Below are positions 1 through 11,534 of a stretch of DNA of 64,000 nt, one piece after another. The notes beneath the pieces were generated by a model. That model was not told the origin of the DNA. It did not search any database and saw nothing but the letters and a program-made list of their open reading frames with translations. Source of the stretch: Podarcis tiliguerta (lineage: Eukaryota); NCBI GenBank assembly GCA_965153285.1, contig OZ229112.1; one strand, 5' to 3'. The position numbers and the translations under genes were made by a program. Within the stretch, counting starts at the first letter, position 1, and every line of letters starts with the position of its first letter.

Positions 1-1714
1 TCACTTAAGCTCAGATTGTCATTATTTTTAATTAGGCATTTTTCTTAATTTGCCTCCGTGTGAGCTTTTCAATACCTATGAAAATGTAATGTTCACTCTA
101 ATGTCTTGTATATTTTTCCTACCACCACAATTTTTTATTTTGGGTCTACTTTAAGAAGTAAGATGAGGACTGGATTTTCAGGTACTGGGAAATATGCACA
201 ATAACAAGAGAGGTGAACCTGCAGACACTGTTTTAAATGCCAGCATAAGAAGAGGTGAATCAGGCCAATAAATTGGTACAATATCTCAGACAAGTTACCA
301 TTCCCTCCTTTCTTTCCATTATCCAAAATAAATATCCTAAAACCTATTACCAGAGAACACATTTCTGCCACTGTGAACATGGTTTTGCTTTGTTTTCTTC
401 AAGGAATGAATATCATAGAATCTAGCTGCATTCCATTTTATGAGGTGAATTCATGCCTATCCAAACTTGTGTTAGGACATACCCACCTTAAGTGAAGCAC
501 ATTTAAGTATATCTGCTTCATTCTATCCTCATGAAATAAATGGAATTTATGAGTGTTTAACTTCCTCTGAAATTCAGGGCCTCACAAGATTCTTCATCAT
601 TTTTTGTTGCAAGTGAGGAAGACAGCCATCCTTTTGGTATTGATTCATACTGCTTAAAAACAGTAGTTCTAGAAATTGTTTTCTTAGATGAGCAAAATAT
701 GCAGATTTTAACTAATTTTCCACTGTGTGGTTGCCTCTGATGCAAAGTAGTTCCTGAATAGCAGTTATCAACCTGAGTACAGGATCTCACCTGGACTGAA
801 AACTTAGCAGAGCTTGTCCAGTAAAGGAGAAAAACAACAACCCAACATTAATCCACAGGGCTTAAGCAAAATGTCATGTTTCACAACTCGCAGAGCTTAG
901 CCAATTTCACCTAAAATTTAGAAGGAGCTGTTAAGTGGCTGAGCAAAACCAAAGAGGGAAAATAATACCTCAGATATATGGCAAACAAACAGTACCAACA
1001 TAATACATTTTCATTACACAGTTGGAACTTAAAACAATACATGATTTGATACACTTGGCTGCAATGTGATGGGATTTTATAGAGATGCTATATAAGTGCA
1101 TGTGTGTGTTGTGGGGGTATCTTTACTACCCAGCAAGCACTGCATTGAAGCACAAAGTTCCCATGAAACAAATTGAAAGATACAAATAAATTGCATTGAG
1201 TTACCAGTGCTGCTTTTGTTATTATAATGTCAGATAATGTACAAAATATTGTGTTTCACAGGAGTAACACTCTTATTGAAAGATTTTAATTAGTGCCTCA
1301 GTGGCAAAAGTAATTTGGTTTTGGTACAGCCCCCTGTGTGGCTTGTGATTCTGGGATATTTTCCAATGACTAGGCTTCTGAAGTTCAATTATATCTGTCT
1401 TTTTATGACCACAGGAGGGGAAAAAAACCCCAAAATACCTTGAATCAAATGATACAATTTTTTCTCTCTCCCCCCACCCTTTTCTTAGTTCAACATGACT
1501 AGTCTGTATGGAGTTTTTGAAAAGCAAATTTGCCCTTTCTTTTAGACAAGGCAAGCTCATTCCTGCTTTTCTGGTGGCTCAGAAAAGGTAGAAGAAATAG
1601 AGTGTTGCCCACCGTTGTTAGATTGATTAACCTGTGCTATTTGAACATATTGAGCACTTATTGGGCCTCTTCGCAGTGATGGTACCTGCCTGACCTTCTA
1701 AGTTCCAGACATAA

Positions 1715-3884
1715 TGTGTCCCTGCTCCTGACTCCTGAATATATCCCATTGAGAAAACGGACTCCAGCTATAAAGAGGGACATTACAATATGGCCAGCTG
1801 AAGCATCCCAACAACTACAAGACTGTTTTCATGACACCGATTGGGAGGTATTCGCCCAACAGGATGTAGAGACTCACATTGAGCAAGTGTTGGACTATAT
1901 TAGGTTCTGCACTGACAATGTAACACGAAGGCGCCGGATAAAGATCTACCCAAACAGGAAGCCCTGGATGACAAGGGAGGTCCAGGGGTTGCTAAAGGCA
2001 AGAAATACTGCCTTCAGAAGTGGAAATAAGTCGCTGTACAGCTCAGCTAGAGGCGATCTAAAGAGAGGTATCCGTGTAGCAAAGGAGGCGTATAGACAGC
2101 GGCTGGAGAATCATCTACAAAGTAACAACACCAGGCAGGTGTGGCAAGGTGTACAAGAATTAACAGGGTATAAATCCAAGGACTCCCTGGCAGACGAGGG
2201 AGGGGCATCCCTCGCTGAGGATTTGAATGCCTTTTTTGCCCGTTTTGAAGTAACATCTGCAGCAACACCTGCTGAGGCTTTACCAACACCACCACCACTC
2301 CCTGTGAAGGCTTTGCCATCATCACCACCATTACCATCATCAGTACAAAGGAATGTAGTAGTCTCTGTGGAAAAAGAAGAGATGAGGAAGGTGCTGAAGG
2401 GAATCAACCCAAGGAAGGCCACAGGGCCAGATGGGGTAGCTGGAAGGGTATTGAGAGACTGTGCAGATCAACTAGCAGGAGTTTTCACTGGGATTTTAAA
2501 TCAATCCCTAGCCCAGGCTATTGTTCCATCCTGCCTAAAGTCCTCTATTATCGTTCCAATAGCAAAAAAACCTAACCCGGAAGATCTGAACGATTTTCGT
2601 CCAGTAGCACTCACACCTATAATCATGAAGTGCTTTGAAAAGCTGGTACGAAATTATGTCATCGCCTGCCTACCAGAGGGACTGGACACATTCCAATTTG
2701 CTTATAAAACGAAAAGATCGACAGAGGACGCTGTGGCGATTGCCCTCCATGCCGTCCTTGCACATTTGGAGCAGCGGGGGGGTTATGCCAGACTGCTTTT
2801 TTTAGATTTTAGCTCGGCATTTAATACCATTCTACCACAACGTCTGATGTCTAAACTGGAAGATCTGGGGCTTCCGTTATCATTTTGTGGGTGGATATTG
2901 GACTTTTTGTCAGACCGCCCCCAGAGGGTTCGGTTGGGCCCTTATACCTCTAATATGCTTAAGACTAACATAGGAACACCACAGGGATGCGTACTCAGTC
3001 CGCTCCTTTATATTCTTTACACGTACGATTGTGTCGCTACTCACCCTAGTAATAGGGTTGTCAAATTTGCAGATGACACAACCGTGATTGGGCTCATCTC
3101 TGAAAGGGAGGGTGAAATGGATTATAGAGATGAGGTGGAGCGGCTGACAGAGTGGTGCAGAGCTAACAACTTGCTCATAAATACAAGGAAGACAAAGGAA
3201 CTTGTGGTGGACTTCAGGAGACAGAAGAGCAATGTCCAGCCACTTTTGATTGATGGGGTCTGTGTGGAGAGGGTAACAACGTTCAGATTTTGGGGCATTG
3301 AATTACAAGAGGATCTGTCCTGGAGTGTCAACACAAGGGGGCTTGTGAAGAAGGCGCAGCAGAGACTGTATTTTTTGAGAATACTAAGGAAAAACCATCT
3401 TCCGCAGAAACTGCTGCTTGCCTTCTATCACTGTGCCATTGAGAGCGTGCTTACTTATGGCCTATGTGTGTGGTACGGAAGCTGTACTACCCAGGACAGG
3501 ATGGGGTTGCGCAGGGTTGTGAAGGCAGCAGAGAGCATTGTTGGCTGCCCACTTTCCACCTTAGAGCAGATTTATGCCACAAGGTGCCATAGGAAGGCAC
3601 TGGACATAGTAAAAGATCCATCGCATCCTGGTCACTGTCTCTTCGAGCTCTTGCCGTCGGGACGGAGATACAGGACGATGAAGACTAGAACGAGCCGTCT
3701 TAAGAACAGCTTCTTCTCCAGAGCAATCTCGGCCCTGAATGGGAAGACCGGACTTTGAAAGTCATCAAATCTCCTTTGCTGTATTTTACTATATTTTTTA
3801 ATTAGTGTTTTTATGGAGTAACCAAGTAATTTCGTTGTCCCCGAAGGGGGCAATGACAATAAAGATATTATTATTATTATTATT
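1715..3884 (+). mobile_element. Rex1/Babar non-LTR retrotransposon, 5'-truncated
   Basis: RT ORF followed by a short 3'UTR with the typical Rex1 end (TTTCGTTG...AATGACAATAAAG) and an (ATT)n tail to 3884. Possible 4-bp TSD ATAA at 1711-1714 and 3885-3888. Confidence 0.93.
1716..3758 (+). CDS. Rex1/Babar ORF: reverse transcriptase plus C-terminal domain; the N-terminal APE endonuclease is missing through 5' truncation
   Basis: 680 open codons. RT motifs KATGPDG, FRPVALT, FQFAY, LFLDFSSAFNTI, GTPQGCVLSPLLY and KFADD. Rex1-type C-terminus AQQRLYFLR...LLPSGRRYR...RLKNSFF. The GTG start is a truncation artefact, so this copy is probably not translated. Confidence 0.92.
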   Translation: MSLLLTPEYIPLRKRTPAIKRDITIWPAEASQQLQDCFHDTDWEVFAQQDVETHIEQVLDYIRFCTDNVTRRRRIKIYPNRKPWMTREVQGLLKARNTAFRSGNKSLYSSARGDLKRGIRVAKEAYRQRLENHLQSNNTRQVWQGVQELTGYKSKDSLADEGGASLAEDLNAFFARFEVTSAATPAEALPTPPPLPVKALPSSPPLPSSVQRNVVVSVEKEEMRKVLKGINPRKATGPDGVAGRVLRDCADQLAGVFTGILNQSLAQAIVPSCLKSSIIVPIAKKPNPEDLNDFRPVALTPIIMKCFEKLVRNYVIACLPEGLDTFQFAYKTKRSTEDAVAIALHAVLAHLEQRGGYARLLFLDFSSAFNTILPQRLMSKLEDLGLPLSFCGWILDFLSDRPQRVRLGPYTSNMLKTNIGTPQGCVLSPLLYILYTYDCVATHPSNRVVKFADDTTVIGLISEREGEMDYRDEVERLTEWCRANNLLINTRKTKELVVDFRRQKSNVQPLLIDGVCVERVTTFRFWGIELQEDLSWSVNTRGLVKKAQQRLYFLRILRKNHLPQKLLLAFYHCAIESVLTYGLCVWYGSCTTQDRMGLRRVVKAAESIVGCPLSTLEQIYATRCHRKALDIVKDPSHPGHCLFELLPSGRRYRTMKTRTSRLKNSFFSRAISALNGKTGL

Positions 3885-4102
3885 ATAAGACTAAAATTTC
3901 AGAGGCCCTTACACCATTATTGTTGTTCTATGTTTTCCATCTTTTGATGGAAAATATTTTATGCTTCATTCCCTGTCCCTCAAGCCACTTTGAAACACAT
4001 AGTGAAAAGTCAGGTATAAATTCCTTAAATGAATAAAATAATGAATAAAAAAGGAGTTCTGAGGGTGAAAGGCCATAATTTTAAAATCTAGCCAGCTCTA
4101 TA

Positions 4103-4319
4103 CAGTGGTACCTCTAATTACGAACTTAATTCGTTCCGGAGGTCCGTTCCTAACCTGAAACTGTTCTTAACTAGAGGCGTGCTTTCGCTAATGGGGCCTC
4201 TTGCTGCCGCTGCGCCACCAGCACACAATTTCTCAACTTGAGGTAACTCTTCCAGGTTAGCGGAGTTTGTAACCTGAAGCATTTGTAACCTGAGGCATTT
4301 GTAACTCGAGGTACCACTG
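4103..4319 (+). mobile_element. Tc1/mariner (Tigger/pogo-like) MITE, copy 1
   Basis: TIR CAGTGGTACCTC...GAGGTACCACTG, flanked by TA at 4101-4102 and 4320-4321. Confidence 0.92.
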
Positions 4320-4404
4320 TATATTAGTCCACCGTATATTAGTTGGCATCCATCTGGAGACCATGGAGGAGTGCACTTTTGGGGTCGTCAATCTATTATT
4401 AATA

Positions 4405-4762
4405 CATACCCTCTATCATTTCTCCAATTAAAATAGGTACACCCTATTCTATCATCATCATCATTATTATTATGCCCCCACCCATCTGACTGGATTGCCC
4501 ACTCTGGGTTTCCAACATATATAAAAACATAATAAACATTAAACATTAAAAAAAGAATTCCCATACAAATGTTTACTAAAAATTGTATATTTACTTCTCT
4601 CCTTGGCTCGGAGGTCACATCAGTCCATACTCCCCAACATTTCTCCAATGAAAACAGAGCTGTCCTGAGGAAAAGTGGGACATTCCGGGATCAAATCAGA
4701 AACTGGGATGGCTTCTGTAAATCTGGGACTGTCCCTGGAAAATAGGGACACTGGAGGGTCTG
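4405..4762. mobile_element. Composite non-autonomous DNA element (GGGAC-rich, hAT-like) containing an L2 3' tail
   Basis: Left-end motif CATACCCTC..CATTTCTCCAAT occurs at both 4405 and 4626. Right end GGAGGGTCTG at 4762. An L2-tail fragment on the minus strand lies at ~4455-4565. No TSD found. Confidence 0.6.
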
Positions 4763-6409
4763 CTGATGTTGTTTTGTGGTGGGGGTAGGGAAATGCAGCA
4801 GGCTGGATTTTTAGTGTGACCCAGATACAACTTCTTCATTCCAACGGTAATAAAGTAGTGAGTGCTCTTAAGCTAAATTTGACCCTAGTCAAGACCTTGC
4901 TCCACTGTACTTGAGGATTATAACCTACATTTCTTTTCTTTTCTTTCTTTTGGGGGGACATGGTAGATTGAACTTACATTGCTGTCTTCAAATTATAGAA
5001 CCTAACTGGTTATTAAGAAATCAGGTGGGCTCTTTGACTCTAGTCCACACCAGTGTGATTCTCTTTTTCCAAACTAGAATTGTTGGCAAATTTCAGTCAC
5101 CCTGAAGGAAAATGTTCCCTGCACATATGCAACTAAAGAAAATGGCTTGAATGCTAAATTGCTCCTCTGACCACATATAGAAGGGTGTTTTCTGCCAACT
5201 CCACACTTCATTTGAACCCCACTTAGAAACATATTCCACACCACTTCAAAGGTTTCCCAAACCTGGTTCCCAGATTTCACTGATGCATTGGGTAAGGGGA
5301 GGCATAAGTTTCATGAACTTATTCTTTGGTCTTTTCAGTTCACAGAAGGAAAGTTAGGATCCAAGTTAGTATCAGCAGATAATGTGCAGATATAATGTGA
5401 AAAGTCATTTAAAAAGGAAAAACGGACAGGACTGGAACTTGGCACATGTTATAAATATAAATAGAATGTAGCTCTTGATGCAATCTTGGCTGAAGTCAAA
5501 GGAAAATCTATTCTGAGCTATGCATATGGACAGCTACGCTTTAGATTGAATTTAAATTTTTTGCTATCTGCTACCTGCTTGCCCTAATGTTGTGATTATG
5601 TGATAATGCCAAGCATGAGTAGGATGTAATTTTCCATGTTACTTTTTCTCTTGTAAGAATGGAATTATGTGCATCCCTTTAAAGTAAAATAAAAAACACA
5701 CTGCTTGGTTCCAAACATAGAAGTGCTGCATCCAGAGTTTTACTGGAAAAGTTGAAATCTACTTGTTCTCTGGCTGATGTTTTTATTTTGAAACTTCATT
5801 ACTTTTTGCCGGTTGCTCTCACGAATAATTGCATGCTTTTTAAAACAGTGGTTTCAGTCATTTTTGCTACTTTTCAGTGGAAAAGAACAGCCTGTAGTTG
5901 CTGTCATTTACTAACTCTACTAACATACAGGCAGAACAACAGTCAAAAGTGAATATGAATGCAGTTTAAAATTATGAAAGGGCTCCATATTTGTCAAACG
6001 TTAGCTGCTTTTATTACTAGCTTTGGAAGTTGCATATCTGATGCATCTAACTAGATTATGAATACCAAAGATGAAACCCTCACCTAGCTTCCCTTGACTC
6101 ATTCAAAAGAATTGGCCCGGTCCTCACTGCATGGAGCCTCCTGTTTAAGTTGATGATTCTACCACCTACTAGAGATTGTAGACTGGGTTGTTTATCTAGT
6201 TTTGGCTCATACATTACACTGGCTGCTATGTGGAAATCCATGTACTTACACAACTCAGCATTGCACTCCTATGTGTGTTTCCTTGAAATTAAGTCCCACC
6301 GTGTTCAACAGGACTTGCAAGGCATCAGTTTGCAATGTCAGTGTGTTTTTTTAATATAATTGCTTTCTTTTTTACTCTGCCCTGAGTGGTACGTGGAGCT
6401 AAGCCACAA

Positions 6410-6588
6410 CTGGAAGCAGAAAAGCTTCTGAATATAATTTGCTGGAACCACAGGAGGGGAGTGTGCCCTTGTACTTGAATCCTACTTGCAGGTTTCCCAC
6501 AGGCCACTGGTTGGCCACTGTAAGAACAGGATGCTGAACTAGATGGGTCAATGGCCTGATCCAGCATGCTCTATCTTACGTTCTTATG
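6410..6588 (+). mobile_element. 3' end of a CR1-type LINE or CR1-tailed SINE (TTCTTATG tail)
   Basis: GGCCACTGTAAGAACAGGATGCTGAACTAGATGGG...GATCCAGCA...TTCTTATG. A related minus-strand copy lies at 18261-18400. Confidence 0.75.
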
Positions 6589-6860
6589 AGCAAGAATGCA
6601 AAGCCACATAGCAATTTTGAAAAATAATCTGAGGTTTTTAATGCACTGTGTAAACAACATATTGATTCCTTCAAAATAAACCAATATTATTTTCTTCATA
6701 TTGTTCATAATTTCAGTGTGATGCCTCAAGGCTAGCTTTTTTAACCACCCAAGTAGTGGTTTTGTAATGCAAACATTGTTCTTTAACTTAAAAAAAAAAA
6801 AAAAAAAACAACACCACCATTCAATATGATGAATATTCCTTTCTGTATCTATATATTCAG

Positions 6861-6965
6861 GAGAAACATGCTCTATGGCTGTGGAAAGATGTACAGACAA
6901 GCCCTGCAAGAATGGAGGAACTTGTGAAGACGCTATGAGTGGCTTCATATGCAACTGTCCATCTG
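6861..6965 (+). CDS. Internal coding exon of a multi-EGF-repeat protein (phase 1-1, 105 bp)
   Basis: Acceptor TTCAG| and donor |GTAAAG. Translates to (G)[34 protein letters not shown](G), canonical Notch/Crumbs/EYS-type EGF Cys spacing. Confidence 0.9.
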
Positions 6966-7292
6966 GTAAAGATTGCTGCATTTTCATTATATCTTCTTAT
7001 GCTGCTGTGTGATAAGCTCTGGTCAGCAAGAATGATGTTTTTTATGTGCAAATAAGCCATGACAGAACATTTTCATATTACCAAATGCCACATCAATCTC
7101 AGACATCCAGTCTCCTTCTGCAACATCCCTGGGGTTGATCTGCTCTATTCTTGGGTCCCTGGGATGCCTTCCAAGAAACCAAAGGATCACACCCTTAAAT
7201 TGGTCATATTGATAACATATTATTCATCTTTCCTTCTTACTTTGCTTTGTACAATTAGAAATGAAACTGTCTGGAGCAAAAGTGCCTTGCCA

Positions 7293-7606
7293 CAGTGGCA
7301 TAATGTGTGGGAGGGGGCAGGGGTGTGGTTGCCTGCCCCAGGCACAAAATCGTTAGGTGGTGCCTGACTACAGCTACGCACTTCCATCATTGGGCTCCAT
7401 TGAAAACAGTTTCTGCATACAAATCAGGAAGTGACCCCTCCAGACAACAGAATGGCTCTTCTTTTCCATTCTCTGTGGCTGCAGTCTCCAGAGGGGCGCA
7501 GATGCTATTAGGCAGTTGAATATGCATGTGAACTCCATCCATTTTCTTCTCTCCCATCAACCCCTCCATACGGCCCTGGACACTGGCAACCCACGCTATG
7601 CCACTG
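7293..7606. mobile_element. hAT non-autonomous element
   Basis: TIR CAGTGGCATA...TATGCCACTG with perfect 8-bp TSD CCTTGCCA at 7285-7292 and 7607-7614. Confidence 0.93.
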
Positions 7607-8585
7607 CCTTGCCATATTTTGCCTAAAGTGAAGATACCTTGATATTACTCTTGTAGCGCTTGTATAACACCAATACTATAAATCAATCCTAATACCTTGC
7701 CATAGTATCAGTAACAGTGTATACAGTCTTAAGACAGCATGCTGAGTAAGTTGTCTTTCATTGACATTTTTAAAACATCCCTTGCTCCCCACCCACCCCA
7801 AATCCACATTCAAGATGTGATGAAGTATGATCAGCAAAGCAACAGCAGTCACATTATTGTTTGGTTCAGTCAACTTTTTCTGTCTTCCCAGAACAACCCC
7901 CCTGGATGAATGCACACATAGAGAAGACACATTGGAGAAAACATTCTCATTTAGACACCAAGCAAAATGTCTTTTCATGTTTATGTTTGGGGAACTGCAT
8001 CTTGAGTGATTCAGTTTAGTACAAATTGCATTGACATGAAATAGTTTAAATATCAAATTACAAAGCACAATTTGAGTCTCTGCATAATTAGTGGTATCTC
8101 TGCCTTGTCAAGCATGCATGAGATAAATTAAAATGGCTTCAAGGTGCATTTTTTTGTGGTTGAGAGGTTTGATGGCTTGTGTAAAGAAGAGAGAAATGTG
8201 TTGTTGTTTTTTACTTCTCCTTTTAAGTGCAGAATTGGTGTTCTAAAGCCTTCTGTTATCTTGTGAATTTCAGGTGATACTTCAGGGGTGGGGGGAACCT
8301 AAACCCTAGTCCTCATGTTTGTGGCCCAAAGCTGGGTTTTCTCTGTGACTTAGGCTGCAATCATATATATACTTACTTGGTAGTATCTCTGATTGAACTC
8401 AGTGACAAGAGATGTGTAGTATGCACTGACAAGCAGCTGTGAGGGAGAGTGTAATGTCTAGACAGGGTCCTTTCTTTAGGTATCTGGAATGGGGAGAGTG
8501 TTTGACCCATTAGATACTGTAATGTATCCTTCTGCTTGTCTGGCTTATTATTAAAGCAGCATTAGAAGGAAGGTTAGATACACGG

Positions 8586-8669
8586 CGGAGATGGGGAACG
8601 TGTGGCCCTCTGGGTGTTACTGAAATACAACTCCCATCAGCCCTGATCACTGCCCATGTTGGAGGGCTT
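8586..8669. mobile_element. Fragment of a common squamate hAT-like MITE
   Basis: GGGGAACGTGTGGCCCTC...ACAACTCCCATCA motif recognised; only one half is present. Confidence 0.55.
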
Positions 8670-8862
8670 AAAATGAGTGTTCATGGGAATATGTTGGAAG
8701 GGTAGGTGGGGCAACCTACTTAGCTTTCGAATTATTAGTATGTGATGCCCCTTCCTAAGATAACTCATTCTTTGGGAATCCTTTTATATCAGATGATGGC
8801 AGGAGCATTAATCTGCCTTATGTTGTGTTTCAATCTGCATTTCTTGCGGGATGTGTTGCAAA

Positions 8863-8865
<3 letters not shown>

Positions 8866-8906
<41 letters not shown>
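8866..8906. repeat. (AT)n microsatellite
   Basis: About 20 perfect AT units. Confidence 0.98.
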
Positions 8907-8909
<3 letters not shown>

Positions 8910-9404
8910 TTGAAGTCTTCTGTTTGAAAGCTTCATTTACTTTTCACACCCCTCTGATTTTCTGCACATGCTATTACATCTCAAATCGTTTCTCTTGGCC
9001 ATCTATCTTTCATTGAATGTGTGATACACTTCATAGAAGATAAGGAGTCCTATTAATATTAATTTTCTCATCTTCCTTAGCGAAAGAGCAGGAAAAAGCA
9101 GGTGGAAATGGGATTCTGATTCTGGCATATAGCTTTCAATGATTCTAGCACATAATGTTCATACTTTGCATATCAGGATCACTGTAATCCTATAGTGCTG
9201 GCCCAAGACATTTTGGCAACTGAGGTGAACACAAAATGGTGCTCCCCTCTCTGCCAGGAGTTAGTGAAGTTCCACATCAAGAAGAAGTGAGGAATAGAGA
9301 TCTACACTGGGTTCTGGTACCCCTGTGGATCCTGCCGTTCGAGGCAGTTGCTTCATCTTGCCCTGGGTGGGTGGCCGTGCCTATTACAAGATGCAGAGGG
9401 TAGA

Positions 9405-9820
9405 GCTGTGAGGAAGGGCAAATCTGTCAATTTCCATTTCTCTCAGCTTTCACTTTATATACTCCTTTCAGTTCACCACCTTTCCACATCAGTTTGTATT
9501 TTTAAAAAAAAGTCTTAATGAGAATTCAGCACAGATTTCTCCTAACACACGTGTTTTTACACAGTTCTGAAAAGCAACTTTCCCATTTTGTACTTCATTT
9601 CCACCAACACATATATAGAGATTTCTATGCACACTTCATCCTGATGTATGCTCTTTAAAACACATACACACAGAGACACACGCACACACACACACACTAC
9701 TTAGCCTGAGAAGTGCACTGCAAAATTTGGGGTGAATTGTGAATGGATGGCTGCTTGGGAAAGGGTGTATTTGGTATTTTGCATATTAATGTGAACTGAG
9801 CCAAATTTCTCCACCATCCC
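9405..9820 (+). mobile_element. Old squamate interspersed repeat (probably a non-autonomous DNA element) with internal TGCACA-type subrepeats
   Basis: Shares TCAATTT..TTTCTCTCA...CCACATCAGTTTG...CATCCC with copies at ~12290-12580 (-), 22014-22415 (+), ~23700-24050 (-) and ~36490-36660 (+). Confidence 0.6.
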
Positions 9821-10598
9821 AAGCTTTAGCAAAGCGTTACCTTCAACTTATAGGGAAAACTCTTCATATTGACTTGTTTGCACTGCAACCCACGAGCATC
9901 TCCCTCTGAACCTTTGAGCCCAGTGCCTTGGCCTCATTGTAAACTCATGTCCATTGCTGTGTGCTGATCAGATAACTTCCCTTAGTACTGTGTCTCCAAA
10001 CTACAAACAAAGTCAGGTAGACAGCTTGATGAGTATGGGGTAGCTTTACATCCTGCATTTGACCTCTCACCTCACAGCATCCTCAAATAGATCTTTCCTC
10101 CACAAATAGAAACTGTTGACTGCTGGGATTTTCCATTAAGTGAGTCAGCTCTTACTTGCTCCCATATATTCATTCACTCCTGCACACACACATTGAGCCA
10201 CACTGTGATTTGTCTGTAGCACTAGCAAGCTAGAGTTTCATGGAGGCATTCTAGTTCAGTACAACATCTATAATCACTACTCATCTCAGGTCAGGCAACG
10301 GACCTCAGTCTTTGCTCCTCTCTAGCTTACCCAGAGTTGGGCAGAGCATCTTTTATTCCAGTGTGGTGCCACATTGCCTGTTTCCTCCAGGGTGCATGAT
10401 GGATTCCATATTGTACTCCAGCTTTCCCCCAGGTCTGCTGTGTTCTGCAGATAGATGTAAGGCAGGAGAAGTTTACGGGCTGAATTTGTGTGTTTACAAA
10501 GGGAAGTGCCTTTCTCCTCCACAGTTTCTAGAGAGGAGGGGGTGTTTATTCCCTAAATAAAATCTTATTTGCTTCCTCTCTCTTTCAGCTTTCCTATG

Positions 10599-10603
<5 letters not shown>

Positions 10604-10653
<50 letters not shown>
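10604..10653. repeat. (CT)n microsatellite
   Basis: About 25 CT units. Confidence 0.98.
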
Positions 10654-10656
<3 letters not shown>

Positions 10657-11501
10657 GCGAATCAGGAGGAGATGGCAGGCATACAGACTTTCAGACATCC
10701 CAGCCATTCTTATACAAGATTATGAATATTGGGGAATCCTTCCCCTTTCTCCTGCCATTTCCTTTTCAATTCCTTTGTTTCTGAGGGTGCCTGTCAGAGC
10801 GTTTGTGCTGTTCTTGACACTTCAGACTGAACGCACTACTCCATGGAAGATTACTCGCAGGAAACCTTAGCTCATAGGTGCCACTGGTTTGTCACTCTCC
10901 AGTGCATTTTGCTACTTATCTGCAGTCTGATCTTGAGCTCTGCTGCTGAGTTCTCGGGTGTTTATAACTTTCTTCACTATTGCATTGCTTACCGACGGGC
11001 ATTTTCCCTTTACATGGCCAGCCCTTCCTTCCTTTCTGTTCGCTTTGTCTATCACTGTAAGCCATTAGCTGAAGATGTAACTGGCATGGTTGCCCTTTCT
11101 ATGTTGCTCCCATTGGTAGAAGAAAGTATCCTGTATTTCCTTCCCACCCCCGCCACAACACACACAAGTGATGGATCAGGAAAATATTATTTGTAAGGGA
11201 ACTTGCTTGCCGTTGCTAATGCCATCCTGCCTATTCGTTCCACCCACCTACCCCCTGCTGTCTGACCTCATATCAGATATATAGCTTGATATGATTAGCC
11301 TTCAGCAGTTACATATAATGTAGGTTTATCTTTTAAAGCCAACTTGACGTGGTATTTGTAGCTGTTCTTTCCCACTGACCTTTTAAATTCTTCTGCATCC
11401 TGCAGGTGGGATGAATACATACTGTATCTCCATTTCTTTTCATTCATTCTCATTGCAGATATGTGAATATAGATATTGGGAGAATGTAGAGTAAGAGCCC
11501 C

Positions 11502-11534
11502 TGTGTGTGTGTGTGTGTGTGCGCGCGCGCGTGT
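11502..11534. repeat. (TG)n(CG)n compound microsatellite
   Basis: Uninterrupted alternating purine-pyrimidine tract. Confidence 0.95.
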
